A stretch of 64,000 nt of DNA from Stegostoma tigrinum. Its lineage: Eukaryota. Numbering within the stretch: the first letter of the stretch is position 1; every line of letters begins with the position of its first letter. The stretch spans positions 2,088,497-2,152,496 of the forward strand of contig NC_081387.1 in the NCBI RefSeq assembly GCF_030684315.1, in the 5' to 3' direction. The position numbers and the translations under genes are program-made. Under the pieces are notes generated by a model. That model ran no database searches, had not been told where the DNA came from, and saw only the letters and a program-made list of their open reading frames with translations. This document shows, piece after piece, positions 12,240 to 25,163 of the stretch.

Positions 12240-13690
12240 CTCGAATCCTCTCACTGCTGGACAATTCAGGAAGGCCGGCACCCCATGACACCAACAGCAT
12301 CAATAAGGATAGCACCCTGAAACTACTGGATCTGTGCCTCACATTCTACTTCACCTTCAACGACTGGAAATTCAAATAAATCAACGGAACACTAATGAGA
12401 TCCCAATATCAGGTCTGATTGCGGAAGCCGGAATGCAAAGGTTTGAATGAACAGTGATCCGCACATTACAACCCAAACTCTGGGTCTGCTAACTAGATGA
12501 TGCTTTTGTGATTATCAAACGCACAACATGAGAAGAAACCCACCAACACATAAACAACATCCTCACCGGAATAAAATTCACAAAATAAGAGGAGAATAAC
12601 AACTGACTACCCTTCCTAAACATATTGGTAGAACGTAAGAACAACAGGGAACTCCAGACTAGCATTTACATTAACGCTACAGACCACACATGCAGACAAT
12701 ACACTTAATTACTCCAGCAACCACCCCAACACCAATAAACGGAGCTGCATGAGGACATTATTTAAATGGGCCTCAACACACTGCAGCAACCCTGAATTGT
12801 GTAAAATAGAACAGGAGCACTTACATAGAACATAGAAAAGTACAGCACAGTACAGGCCCTTTGGCCCACGATGTTGTGCCGTGGAATAATCCTAATCCAA
12901 AAATAAGATAACCTAACCTACATTCCCCTCAATTCACTGCTGTCCATGTGCAAGAGTTTTTAAACGGAATGGGTACCCAAAACGCACAATCTTCCATTAC
13001 CCCCACGACAGACCACAACAAGAAGACACAACATGGCCAGACACACCAGTCACCCTACTGTACATCAGAGTCAAATCAATGATAACAACAAAACTACTCA
13101 GACCCCTATGTATCAGGGTGGCGCACAAACCAATAACCACCCTGCGGCAGCTACTGACGAACGTAAAGGATCCTATACCACAACCAATAAAACTTACATA
13201 ATACACAAAATGCCACGCAAAGACTGTGGAAGACATTACATAGGCCAAACATGAAGAAAACTGACAATAAGGATACAAGAATACCAACTAGCCACCAAGA
13301 GAAACGACTAATTCTCACTGGTCTCAATACAAGCAGACAAAGAAGGACACAAATTCAACACATCCATAACAGCGCATGCCAATTGCAGACATGCCAGGGA
13401 ATTCCTGGAGACCTGGCATTCCAATCAGAACTCCGTCAACACACACATTGAACTGGACCCGAAATACAAACCAATAAAAAAAACAGAACTGGAAGTAATG
13501 CCAACCACTCCAGCAAACTGAGAACTGAGGCATGTAAATAACTTGTGGGACAGAACACCAAAGCTTCAATGGAGAGGCACTGATAATGTTACCTTGCAGA
13601 AATGTCTGCATCCAAACACACTGGCTTGGTGAGCAAGTCTACAATCTCATCCACAACCCAGGCTACAAATCTTCTCAAAAAGTCCTCAAA
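12240..13690 (+). mobile_element. Decayed Penelope-like element of a second (Poseidon-like) family
   Basis: LKLLDLCLTFYFTFND (RT), LDDAFVII-like motif at ~12495, and IHKMPRKDCGRHYIGQT (GIY-YIG); many stops. A small LINE/SINE tail is inserted at ~12825-12950. Confidence 0.75.
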
Positions 13691-13854
13691 GAGTACTTAC
13701 TCATGTTGTTGATAATTGAATAATTTTGAAATGTGAGGGAATATAATTCCTGTTCTTATTGAACAGGGAGAAGTTTAGATAAACACCTCTATGCACTGTA
13801 GCTGGGCATATCATTGTGATCTCTGACGTCAATGTAAGCAGGGTTTGATGGTTC

Positions 13855-14170
13855 GTAGAATCCCTATAGTGTAGAAACATGCCATTTGGCCTAGCAAGTC
13901 CATACTCACCCTCTGAAGAGCATCCCACCCGGAGCCATGCCCCTACTCTTTCCCATGGCTAATGCACCTATCCTACACATCCCTGAACACAATGAGCTAT
14001 TTAACATGGCCAATTCCCCTAGCCTGCACATCTTTGAACTGTGGGAGGAAACTGGAGCACCCGGAGGAAACCCATGCAGACACGGGGAGAAACTCCACAC
14101 AGATAGTCGGCAGAATCAAACTCGAATCCCTAACGCTGTGAGGCAGCAGTGCTAACCACTAAGCTGCCGT
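13855..14170 (-). mobile_element. HE1-type V-SINE
   Basis: tRNA-like head (GGTTAGCACTGCTGCCTCACAGCG), V-domain (GTGTGGAGTTT...GGGTTTCCTCCGGGTGCTCC) and CR1-type tail. Confidence 0.8.
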
Positions 14171-14782
14171 TGCTTGTGTGCTTGGCGAGGGAGTGCATAG
14201 TATCCAATAATACTTTCGATACCTTTAGAGAGAGGTGGGTTTCAGAGCGGTACAGTGCCTTCTCTACTCTTCAAACTCCATTTTGGTTTTGACCTTTTTT
14301 TGACCTGACCTCATCCTCACCTTTTTCTGATTTGCATAGCCCTCAGGTTTGGCATGTAAGTATCCAGCTGGCTACCTGGATGATTGACTGGTGGCAGTCA
14401 ATAGATGAAGGAAAAAATATCAATAATTTGGTAACGGCAAAATCCATTCTTTTGTGTGTAAGATCACTTCTGGATGCAAAATAGAGATAAAGCAGACCCA
14501 GAGATGGGTCTACTGAACTGTCGGTCCCAAGTTGGGACTAACCAATAAAGGCAATCAGTTGTGGCTCCATATTGGTGTTCAGCAATAAAAGATGTTCCTT
14601 TTCAGTAGAGATTGCTCAGCGATTACAAATATATGATGAATTATTACATTCTGTGGGTCCCTCTCTCTTCTGCCTGTGTTAATCCCACCACCACATTGTT
14701 ATCACTGCCTTGGCTACTCTGGGTCTTCCTTCTCTGGTCTGCTGTCAAACACATCAAAGGATACACATCCCACCCTGATGTT

Positions 14783-15017
14783 AGATAACAAAGTGTGGAG
14801 CTGGATGAACACAGCAGGCCAAGCAGCATCTCAGGAGCACAAAAGCTGACATTTCGGGCCTAGACCCTTCATCACCTCTCTGATGAAGGGTCTAGGCCCG
14901 CAAAGTCAGCTTTTGTGCTCCTGAGATGCGGCTTGCCCTGCTGTGTTCATCCAGCTCCACACTTTGTATTCTTGGATTCTCCAGCATCTGCAGTTTCCAT
15001 TATCACTGATACAATTT
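14783..15017. mobile_element. Palindromic mini-element from the Penelope 3' terminus, 13-bp TSD
   Basis: Near-perfect ~90-bp-arm hairpin centred at ~14876; CCACCCTGATGTT at 14770-14782 and 15018-15030. Confidence 0.8.
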
Positions 15018-15494
15018 CCACCCTGATGTTGTCGGTTTGAATGCCTCCGAAGATGAAGAATGCTATTTCTACACCAGAAATCTCTGTCAAACATTTACCA
15101 GGGAAACCGAGACAGCAGCCTCAATGAGTGTGGAGCTGGAGGAACACGGCAGGCACGGAAGCGTCAGAGGAGCAGGAATGTTGACGGCTCCCAACTCAAA
15201 ATGTCAACTTTCCTCCTCTTTTGATGCTGCCTGGCCTGCTGTGCTCCTCCAGCTCCACACTGTGTTATCTCTGACTCCAGCATCGGGAGTTCTAACTATC
15301 TCTGAGCTGCAATAAGTGAGGTTTTATTCAGATGGAACAATGGCAAGTTTAAATCTCCACCTGACCTGCTGTTCAAAATCACTTACATTTCACCGATCAG
15401 TTTCCCAAGCTCCAGGAAACTCATGCTGCTGCAGAAATATTTGGATTGACTGTGAGAGACCTCAATCAGCCCATTCCCTCCTCTTCCTCTTCAG

Positions 15495-15539
15495 AGTTGG
15501 TTAATTTCTCATAGGGGCTGAAAACCAAGTGAGGAGATG
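15495..15539 (+). other. Predicted 45-nt micro-exon of locus 2
   Basis: ctcttcctcttcAG|AGTTGG...GAGGAGATG|GTGAGT. Confidence 0.65.
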
Positions 15540-15674
15540 GTGAGTGAAGGAGCAGCTTTTATACAAATTGTATCCCATAATATCCACACCAGTCTTCAGG
15601 CAGTCTGACTGTCCTGTGGGCAATCGGGGTGGAAATGTCCCTTATGCTGTGTGAGAAGATCCAGCTGAGAGGGC

Positions 15675-15905
15675 TAACAAGGTGTAGGGCTGGATGAACA
15701 CAGTAAGCCAAGCCAAGCAGCATCAGAGGAGCAGGAAAGCTTACGTTTCAGGCCTAGACCCTTCTTCATAAATTTTTGAAGGGTTTAGGCCCGAAACGTC
15801 AGCTTTCCTGCTCTTCTAATGCTGCTTGGCTTGGCTTGCTATGTTCATCCAGCTCTACACCTTGTTATGTCAGATTCTCCAGCATCAGCAGTTTCTACTA
15901 TCAAC
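15675..15905. mobile_element. Palindromic Penelope-terminus mini-element
   Basis: Inverted arms centred at ~15772, flanked by CA(G/A)CTGAGAG. The paralogous site at 52981 is empty. Confidence 0.75.
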
Positions 15906-17357
15906 TGAGAGAGCTGTTTACCCGGTGCTTTGTGCTGAACTATTTGGCTGGAGCTATGTGTTTATTGGAAGCATTTCCCTTCTGATTTCCAGGCTGTTTT
16001 GTTTGATGGCTCATTCCTGAATATGAGAAGGTGAGGTGTAACTCTCTGGAAGGTGCAGCGTGCCTAAGGATTCTTAACTGATTTTATAATGTTGAGATTT
16101 GTGTGTGCGTGTGTGTGTGTGAAAAGCCTATGGTTTGTGAATGATAAGCTCAGTCTGTGTGTTGGGATCTGGATATTGCCTGTCTTTTGGGATCCCTCCA
16201 AGATTTCCCCCATCCCTTCTTTGGAATATTCTCAGAAGAAATGGACCCCTTCCATTTATATTGATCCTTTCAAAGCCATCAGATGACCAAATCTATTTCA
16301 TTTCAATAAGGTACTTTTCCAGTGTGCTGTCTGCTGTAATTTAGGAAATGTGACAGCTAATTTGAGCAGAGCAAAATCCCACAAACAGCAGCTTGATGGT
16401 GACCAGATTTTTTTTTGGTGCTATTTAATGAGGGATTATTGTTACCTCTGTAAAAGCTAGAATGTTTCAAAACTGCTTTGAATTCCCAGTGGCCAACACA
16501 AACAAATCACATGACAAAATTCCAAGATTTAGTCAAACTAATCCACTGAAAGGAAATTGGCTGAAGAATACCAAATAGGCAACTAATATTGCACAACAGA
16601 AAAAATATCATTCTTCAAACTTCTAACATACATGCTTGGCATCACCGTTGCACTTTCTGTCTGGCTTACTGCAGAATCACAGTTTTTGCAGATACTCATC
16701 CTGCAAAATATTACCTGCAGATTCAGGTGATTATTTATTTTTGTTTCACTTTTTGTGGCTGTTAAAAGTCATTTTGTTGAATTTCCTGAGAAATTCTGAA
16801 CCAACTGCCTACACTGAGTCCCATGCAGTAATTCCTTCTCTGGCTTCATCAGGACAAATCTTCTGAAGTCTTTAGATTGTCCCAGGATGTGTCTGTTCAA
16901 CGACAGACCATGTTCCTTCCCACATTCTGCCTGGAAACCCACAGAAAGGACACCTTCTCTCTGCTGATGACACTGGCTGCAGTCCTTGGTCTCTCTCTCT
17001 CGAATTCATTCTTTTTGTCTCAAAGCTCAGAGCCAGGAAGTCTGTCTAGTCAGCCCCTTGAATTCAAAGTGTACTTTACATTTGCTCAGCAAATCTGAAT
17101 TTATTGGTGTGCTTCACAAACCACCTTGGGCTTTTGCTGGGCAGGACTTTCTTGGTTTCCAGGTATTCTGTTTACATTAAGTCAAGAAACAGTTTCAAAC
17201 ATAAGCTTAAAAACTTGGCATTCATAACATCCTCCTGACTAGACTGGAGTGGCCTGAAGGTGAGGTTCTCGCTGTGCCTCAGGAAAAGACTGGGTTTAAT
17301 CAACCACTTGAAACATTTACCTGAAAACACTTTAACACAACGTCTTGCCCTCATGTT

Positions 17358-18031
17358 AATAAAATGTGAGGCTGGATGAACACAGCAGGCCAAGCAGCAT
17401 CTCAGGAGCACAAAAGCTGACGTTTCGGGCCTAGACCCTTCATCAGAGAGGGGGATGGGGGGAGGGAACTGGAATAAATAGGGAGAGAGGGGGAGGCGGA
17501 CCGAAGATGGAGAGTAAAGAAGATAGGTGGAGAGAGTGTAGGTGGGGAGGTAGGGAGGGGATAGGTCAGTCCAGGGAAGACGGACAGGTCAAGGAGGTGG
17601 GATGAGGTTAGTAGGTAGCTGGGGGTGCGGCTTGGGGTGGGAGGAAGGGATGGGTGAGAGGAAGAACCGGTTAGGGAGGCAGAGACAGGTTGGACTGGTT
17701 TTGGGATGCAGTGGGTGGGGGGGAAGAGCTGGGCTGGTTGTGTGGTGCAGTGGGGGGAGGGGATGAACTGGGCTGGTTTAGGGATGCAGTAGGGGAAGGG
17801 GAGATTTTGAAACTGGTGAAGTCCACATTGATACCATATGGCTGCAGGGTTCCCAGGCGGAATATGAGTTGCTGTTCCTGCAACCTTCGGGTGGCATCAT
17901 TGTGGCAGTGCAGGAGGCCCATGATGGACATGTCATCAAGAGAATGGGAGGGGGAGTGGAAATGGTTTGCGACTGGGAGGTGCAGTTGTTTGTTGCGAAC
18001 TGAGCGGAGGTGTTCTGCAAAGCGGTCCCCA
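17358..18031 (-). mobile_element. Penelope-like element 3' fragment (same family as 23335-24945)
   Basis: LGDRFAEHLRSVRNKQLHLPVANHF... plus a near-identical G-rich 3' region and terminus. Confidence 0.9.
17416..17450 (-). ncRNA. Minimal type-I hammerhead ribozyme motif in a Penelope terminus
   Basis: Minus strand CUGAUGA-A-GGGUCUAGGCCC-GAAA-CG-UC-AGC: conserved core boxes, stem II hairpin and palindromic ACGU stem III. Confidence 0.65.
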
Positions 18032-18286
18032 AGGAGGCTACATTGTTTGCTCCTAGCCACGTTTCAGAACGGAGGATATGTCCCAGTCAAGTGAGCAAAA
18101 TGAAAAGGCTTTTATCTGAACCACACCTCCCCACCACCCGCCACCCCCAACTCCCAACACATGCACACAAAAACACCCCCTCCCCTCCACTCCCACAGGA
18201 ATAGCAGACTTGCATTTAGTGTGGTCAGCTCCTTCAGCACAAGAGGAGAGGGAATTGGAGGAAATCATCTTCTTTCTGTTTTACAG

Positions 18287-19330
18287 AAGGATTGCACCAT
18301 ATTATACCAGAGAATACAGAGAGGAGAGACACTGCAGATAGATCTTGGCCATTACCAAGGAACAACTGCACAACTGAGGGAAGATATCCCGTCCCTTCAC
18401 AACATTGCTCAACACAGGGAGGTTGGGCAGTGAAACCATCGTCTGGAATTCAGTCAAGTCATGGGAGCTTTGACATATCATCAGATTTGACACTGTTCAG
18501 TGGTGTGGAGCCTTCTATTAGAACCAACCTTTCTGAAGATTCAACTGTGGGTGATTGGTCAGGGTGAGGCTGGGCAGAAGTGCGAGTAGGCTCCAACTGT
18601 AGTGAGAATTTCAATCATTCATCAAACCTCTTGAACCACTTACTCATTCCTACAGGGAAGAGGCTGTTCAAGTGTGAGGTACGTGAGGAGGACTCCATAG
18701 GACTAAGATCCCCTAACACATAAGGTGCATCTGTGTTTCACCTGCAACACAGAGAAGCATGGAACCAAAACATTTTATGTGTTAAGTTTCCGACAAGCCT
18801 TCAGGCTGTCATCAGCGCTCATGAAACAGATGATTCACAGAGGGAAGAAACTGTTTATGTGTCAGGGCTGTGACAAAAGCTTTTCAGAATCTTCAGCTCT
18901 GCTAAAACACTGATGTATTCCCACCAGGAAAAATCTGTTCAGGTGTGAGGTGTGTGACAAATCATTCTTCTGGTTGTCGAAAGTCCGCAAACACCAACAA
19001 ATCCACACGGGGAGAAATCATTCAAATGGAAAGTGTGTGGAAAATCCTTCTCACAGTCCTCGACTCTCCACAAACACCAAAGCATTCACACCGGGGAGAA
19101 ACCATTCCCATGCAAAACGTACAATAACTCATCCTCTGCAGACACCAATGTGTTCATACAGGGGAGAAGCTTGTTCAAGTGTGAACTGTGTGCCAAATCA
19201 TTCTCGCAGTTGTCCAGGCTCTGTACATACCATCATGTTCATACGTGAAGTGTGAGACAAGTCATTCTCACAGATAACAAATCTTCGTGTCCGTCAACAC
19301 ATTCACACAGAGGAAAAAACATTCATATGA
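18287..19330 (+). pseudogene. C2H2 zinc-finger pseudogene (locus 2)
   Basis: Same acceptor (ttttacag|AAGGATTGC) and leader as the other loci, followed by about 7-8 finger remnants (e.g. CGKSFSQSSTLHKHQSIHTGEKP) broken by stops and frameshifts across ORFs 18725, 18950 and 19033. Confidence 0.8.
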
Positions 19331-20052
19331 TCCACAGTTTATAGATGACCTCAGTGTCATTTTCCACTCTACAACAGGTTGCAAATGACTCTCGATCCCT
19401 TCAATTCACCATCGAAAGAGTTCTTGAATGCTACCAAAACAAAACTTATACCAACCCCAACATCCTCAGTGAAATATTCTACCTCCCATATATGTTCAAG
19501 TAGAGACCTTGAAATATGTTGAGCACTTCCCGGACCTCGCAAGCCAATTCTCTCAAAAGATCACCATAGGTGAGAAGATCCATCAATGGATCAGCTGTGT
19601 CAGTTCAGCCTCCTACACGTGACAACAGTGAGTTTGACTGCAGCAGCTTGCACTGCAGTGTCATGAGGCTACTTTCACACATTTAGTTAGAAAACAACAA
19701 CAAATGCACAGGAAGAACGAGAATAAAAGTATTCTAGGGAACAATAGTGTGGAAGTTGAATATGAGAAAGTGGTTAAACCAGATTGACAATGCCAGAAAC
19801 ATTGTGGTGAATGGAGAGCCAAAGGGTGGAGGGTTGGGAATTAGAAAGCACTGTTCAACTGATCGGAAACTGATTGTTCTCTGGGCCCATGTAATCATGA
19901 GATCTCTGTGACCATCGCTGGGTTTGTGTGATGGAAACAAGCTCCATCCTGTGTCTCAACAGTTGTGTCACTTCTAACCATCAGAATTGGGAGCTAGAAG
20001 GATTTTTAAGGACACTTCTGACTGGAGTATTCTGGCAGAGTTTTCCCTGGGA

Positions 20053-20078
20053 ATGTGTGCGCGTGTGTGCGCGCGCGC
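20053..20078. repeat. Alternating purine-pyrimidine (TG/CG) tract
   Basis: atgtgtgcgcgtgtgtgcgcgcgcgc. Confidence 0.8.
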
Positions 20079-20764
20079 CAGGCGCGTATAGTTGGTGATG
20101 TGAATTACCAGTAGACCCACTTCAGTTGTCCAGTGAATTTTCAAATGCTGAATATTGTTTTGTTTGTCTCTGTTCTTTCAATCTTCTGGAAAAACTTTTC
20201 ACCCATCGTAAATCACATCTTTTGTCGTGACCCGAACTGGATTTGAGACCCTGATGTGTTCCTATTCAGTGTTCCTAAAGCAAGAATCCGACACACAATC
20301 TATTGTCAATGTCACCGTGCTTGGATACTCTTGCCATCAATAGGTTTATCTTTTCCAATTCACAGGAAACAGAATGTTTCTATAAGATAGAAAGAAAAAT
20401 TTATGTTTCGATACCTCTTTCACAAAATCATGTCATACAAGAAACTGAGCATCTTTTCCGTGCAAAACAGCATAGGCAGCAAGTGATAGACAAACTTAAA
20501 CAATCCCCCAACCAAAAGGTCAGATCTAAGCTCTGCAGTCCTGCCACATCCAGTCGGATTGGGGGTGGATTAAACAACTAAATAACTCACTGGAGGAGGA
20601 GACTCCATGAATATCCCCAACCTCAATAATGACAGAGGCCCATCAGTATAAAAGAAACGGCTGAATCAGTTGCAACCATCTGCAACCAGAATTACCAAGT
20701 GGATAGTCCATTTTTGGGCTACTCTTGACATCCTCAACATAATGGATTCCAGTCTTCAGCCAAT

Positions 20765-21536
20765 TTGATAGATAAATACAAGGTATTGCATTTTGGTAAA
20801 TCATATGACGGCAGGAATTATACTGTTATATTTAGGATCCTGGGTAGTGTTGTCAAACAGAGAGACCTAGGGGTTCAGGTACATAATTCTTTGAAAGCTG
20901 CATCACTGGTGGACGGGCTGCTTAAGAAGGCACTCAGCACACTTGCTTTCATTGTTCAGGCCATTATGTTTCAGAGTTGTGATGTCATGTTGAGGTTGTA
21001 CAGGACATTGGTAAGCCCAATTTTGGAGTACTATAAACAGGGAAGATTTTATTATATTGGAGGGGGTTCGGAAAACATTTACCAGAATATTGCTGGGAAT
21101 AGAGAGTTTGAGTTATAAGGATAGGCTGGATTGCTAAGGACGTTTTTCACTGGAGCATGGGAAGTTGAAGGGGTGACCTTATAGAGGTTTCTAAAATCTG
21201 GAAGGGTGCAGATAAAGTGAATAGCCAAGGTCTTCACCCCACGGTAGAGGAATTTAAATTTAGGGGGCATATTTTTAAGATGAGAGAAAGATTTAAAAGG
21301 GACCTGAGGGACATTTTTTTTCACACAGAGGGCGGCTTGTATTTGGAATGAACTGCCAGAGGTAGTGGTAAATGCAGGTATAGTTGCAACATTTGAAAGA
21401 CATTTTAGGTAGGTAAATGAACAGTACAGATTTAGAGGGATATGAGCCAAATGTAAGTAGTTTACTTTGGGAAAAAGTGATCAGCGTGGATAGTCGGACT
21501 GAAGGGTCTGTTTCTGTGCTGTAAGACTCAATGACT
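20765..21536 (+). mobile_element. CR1/HER1-type LINE 3' part, inserted in an older LINE RT relic (~20440-22510)
   Basis: DKYKVLHFGKS...QRDLGVQVH...LRLYRTLVSPILEY motifs; short-repeat tail. Confidence 0.8.
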
Positions 21537-23334
21537 AAAAGTAGTACTGAAGATCTCTGCTCCAAAAGAAGCCACAACACTCGTCAAGATTTTCCAATAC
21601 TGCCATATATGAATGAATATGATCAATTATGCATTTCTATCCTCTCCTCAAAAAAGGTCAAATCCAATCTGGCCATTTATCATTCCATCAGTCTACTTGG
21701 AAGGAGTTATTCACACTGTTATCATGTGGCACAAACATGGCAACAACCTGTTCCCTTATGCTCTGTTTAGGTTTTGCCAGGTTTAGTCAACTCCTGACCT
21801 CATTAAAACCAGATAGCCAAAACAGCTGAACTCTAGATGGGAGGTTGGAGTGACTGCCTTCAGTATTAAGGTAGCATCTGACAAAATGCGGGAATGGAAT
21901 ATCACAAACATAACTGAAGAAAGTAGGAATCAGGGAAAATCTCTCCACTGATCACAGTCACACCTGGCACAAGGGAAGATGGTTGTGATTGTCGGATGTC
22001 AGTCATCTAAGTTCTAGGATATTTCTGCAGGAGTTTCTGAGGAAGTGTCCTTCGTGCAATCATATTCAATTGCTTCATTGATGACTTTTCTCCAGCATAA
22101 GATCAGAAGTGGGCTGTACAACAATGTTTAACAATATTCTACACCATTTGTGATCCTCAGATACTGAAGCAATCCATGTCCAAATTCACCAAAACCTAGA
22201 TGACTATCCAGGCTTGAGCCGATATGTTGCATGAATCTTTCTGAGCACGTATGTACAAAGCAATGACTATCTCCCTGGAGACATTACAACCAAGCTGTTT
22301 GAATTCCATGGCATTCTCATCTGAATTCCCCACTAGCAACATTTTGGGGATTGCTATTGATCAGAAACTGTCTTAGATGAGCCATATAAATAATCTACCC
22401 ACAAGAACAGTTTGTAGTGAGTGTGGCTGAGAATTCTGTGGTAAATAATTGACCTCCTGACTCCTCAAATCCTGTCCAACGCCTGCAAAACACAGGAGTG
22501 ATAGAATATTCTGCAATTGTCCGGATAGAACCAGGTCCAGCAACAAGTCCAGTGTCAAAGAAATTTATGAGATAGTGACACTTATCACTAGGAGTGAGGG
22601 AGGAGCAGACCATACAGAAAATTTAAGAAGATGGCTTGCAGCAATGAGGATGAGGCAGATGGTGAGAGACTTTCAGATACCAGTTATAGTCGAGGTAAGA
22701 ATCTGGGGTTATCTTTGCATTCCAAGATTATCCTATAATGAAGGACAGTTTGAACAGACCAGAACAGAAGTGTCCTGTCAACACGTTATGTGATCCAGGC
22801 AGATCTGGCAGTGGATGTCAAGTCAGTGTTCACCATTGTGTTTCAAGTCTGTGTCTATTTTTGTTAAGGGCTTCAAAGTCAAGGGAAATGGGCAAGTTAA
22901 GCGAGGGAGTGGTTTTACTGGGGACATGGTGATCACTTGTAGAGGTGAGGGCAGGATTGACTAAATCAATCTCTACACAAATGTCATGCTGAATGGAGGA
23001 TCAAAGACTGAGACAGTTGGGATTCTGATTTAGGGAATAGTTATGTCCAGAGAGGAACATGCAAAATGGTGGTCTTGGAATGTCAAAGAGGGACATGGGT
23101 GCTGAGTAATCAATGGAAGTGATCAGAGTTAGCTTTCTCTGTGATTGCTGAGATGATTGAAGCCAGATGAGACAGTAAGGTGAAATCACTGAAACTGAAT
23201 CAAGACAAGCAAGGAAACTTCGAGAAAGACAACTGTTCCTCATACAAATGATCCTTTGCAATATTAATCACTGGCACACAAAAAGCATATTCCAGTCCTG
23301 CCAACTCATTCCTGGAATTGATCCAATTGAAGAT

Positions 23335-24945
23335 AATAAAATGTGAGGCTGGATGAATACAGCAGGCCAAGCAGCATCTCAGGAGCACAAAAGCTGACGT
23401 TTCGGGCCTGGACCCTTCATCAGAGAGGGGGATGGGGTGACGGTTCTGGAATAAATAGGGAGAGAGGCGGAGGCGGACTGAAGATGGAGAGAAAAGAAGA
23501 TAGGTGGAGAGAGTATAGTTGGGGAGGTCGGGAGGGGATAGGTCAGTCCAGGGAAGACGGACAGGTCAAGGAGGTGGCATGAGGTTAGTAGGTAGATGGG
23601 GGTGCGGCTTAGGGTGGGAGGAAGGGATGGGTGAGAGGAAGAACAGGTTAGGGAGGCAGAGACAGGTTAGACTGGTTTTGGGATGCAGTGGGTGGAGGGG
23701 AAGAGCTGGGCTGGTTGTGTGGTGCAGTGGGGGGAGGGGACGAACTGGGCTGGTTTAGGGATGCGGTGGGGGAAAGGGAGATTTTGAAACTGGTGAAGTC
23801 CACATTGATACCATTAGGCTGCAGGGTTCCCAGGCGGAATATGAGTTGCTGTTCCTGCAACCTTTGGGTGGCATCATTGTGGCACTGCAGGAGGCCCATG
23901 ATGGACATGTCATCTAAAGAATGGGAGGGGGAGTGGAAATGGTTTGTGACTGGGAGTTGCAGTTGTTTGTTGCGAACTGAGCGGAGGTGTTCTGCAAAGC
24001 GGTCCCCAAGCCTCCGCTTGGTTTCCCCAATGTAGAGGAAGCCACTCCGGGTACAGTGGATGCAGTATACCACATTGGCAGATGTGCAGGTGAACCTCTG
24101 CTTAATGTGGAATGTCATCTTGGGGCCTGGGATAGGGATGAGGGAGGAGGTGTGGGGGCAAGTGTAGCATTTCCTGCGGTTGCAGGGGAAGGTGCCGGGT
24201 GTGGTGGGGTTGGAGGGGGCAGTGTGGAGCGAACAAGGGAGTCACGGAGAGAGTGGTCTCTCCAGAAAGCAGACAGGGGTGGGGATGGAAAGATGTCTTG
24301 GGTGGTGGGGTCGGATTGTAGATGGCGGAAGTGTCGGTGGATGATGCGTTGTATCCGGAGGTTGGTGGGGTGGTGTGTGAGAATGAGGGGGATCCTCTTT
24401 TGGCGGTTGTGGCGGGGGCGGGGTGTGAGGGATGTGTTGCGGGAAATACGGGAGCCGCGGTCATGGGCGTTCTCGATCACTGTGGGGGGAAAGTTGTGGT
24501 CCTTGAAGAACTTGGACATCTGGGATGTGTGGGAGTGGAATGTCTTGTCGTGGGAGCAGATGCGGCGGAGGTGGAGGAATTGGGAATAGGGGATGAAATT
24601 TTTGCAGGAGGGTGGGTGGGAGGAGGTGTATTCTAGGTAGCTGTGGGAGTCGGTGGGCTTGAAATGGACATCAGTTACAAGCTGGTTGCCTGAGATGGAG
24701 ACTGAGAGGTCCAGGAAGGTGAGGGATGTGCTGGAGATGGCCCAGGTGAACTGAAGGTTGGAGTGGAAGGTGTTGGTGAAGTGGATGAACTGTTCGAGCT
24801 CCTCTGGGGAGCAAGAGACGGCGCCGATACAGTCATCAATGTACCGGAGGAAGAGGTGGGGTTTGGGGCCTGTGTAGGTGCGGAAGAGGGACTGTTCCAC
24901 GTAACCTACAAAGAGGCAGGCATAGCTGGACCCCATGCGGGTGCC
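23335..24945 (-). mobile_element. Penelope-like retroelement, 5'-truncated, young (RT C-terminus + GIY-YIG endonuclease + 3' terminus)
   Basis: ORF 24115..24936 has the RT motif LRYIDD. ORF 23648..24118 has NVVYCIHCTRSGFLYIGETKRRLGDRFAEH (GIY-YIG with Penelope CCHH-type residues). One frameshift lies between them. Confidence 0.9.
23393..23427 (-). ncRNA. Minimal type-I hammerhead ribozyme motif in a Penelope terminus
   Basis: Minus strand CUGAUGA-A-GGGUCCAGGCCC-GAAA-CG-UC-AGC. Confidence 0.65.
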
Positions 24946-25090
24946 CTTGGCTGCGATACCAATTGAGTTGTATTTTAGTAGATAGTGTTGGCCTTCAAAA
25001 AGGCATCAAATTTCACCGTGATTATATCAAGAGAAAGGGTCAAGTTACACTGACCAAGCACACCCTCACTCTTCCTCAACATCTTCATTA

Positions 25091-25163
25091 GCCCCAGTGG
25101 CTTAGCAGATAAGGCACTGACTTCCTAAACCAGGAATTGTGGGTTCAAGTCTGACCTGAGGTG
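25091..25163 (+). pseudogene. tRNA-Arg(CCT) pseudogene
   Basis: GCCCCAGTGGCTTAGCAGATAAGGCACTGACTTCCTAAACCAGGAATTGTGGGTTCAAGTCTGACCTGAGGTG is colinear over 73 nt with vertebrate tRNA-Arg-CCT as recalled. About 12 substitutions disrupt the D-loop GG, T-stem and acceptor pairing. Confidence 0.8.

Noticed and set aside
17450-17800. G-quadruplex-like G runs and a short tandem repeat translating as QPSSSPPPTA
   Set aside because: Intrinsic to the Penelope 3' region and repeated at 23430-23780; not locus-specific.
23987-24636. Plus-strand 200-aa and 104-aa ORFs
   Set aside because: Antisense shadows of the Penelope ORF.
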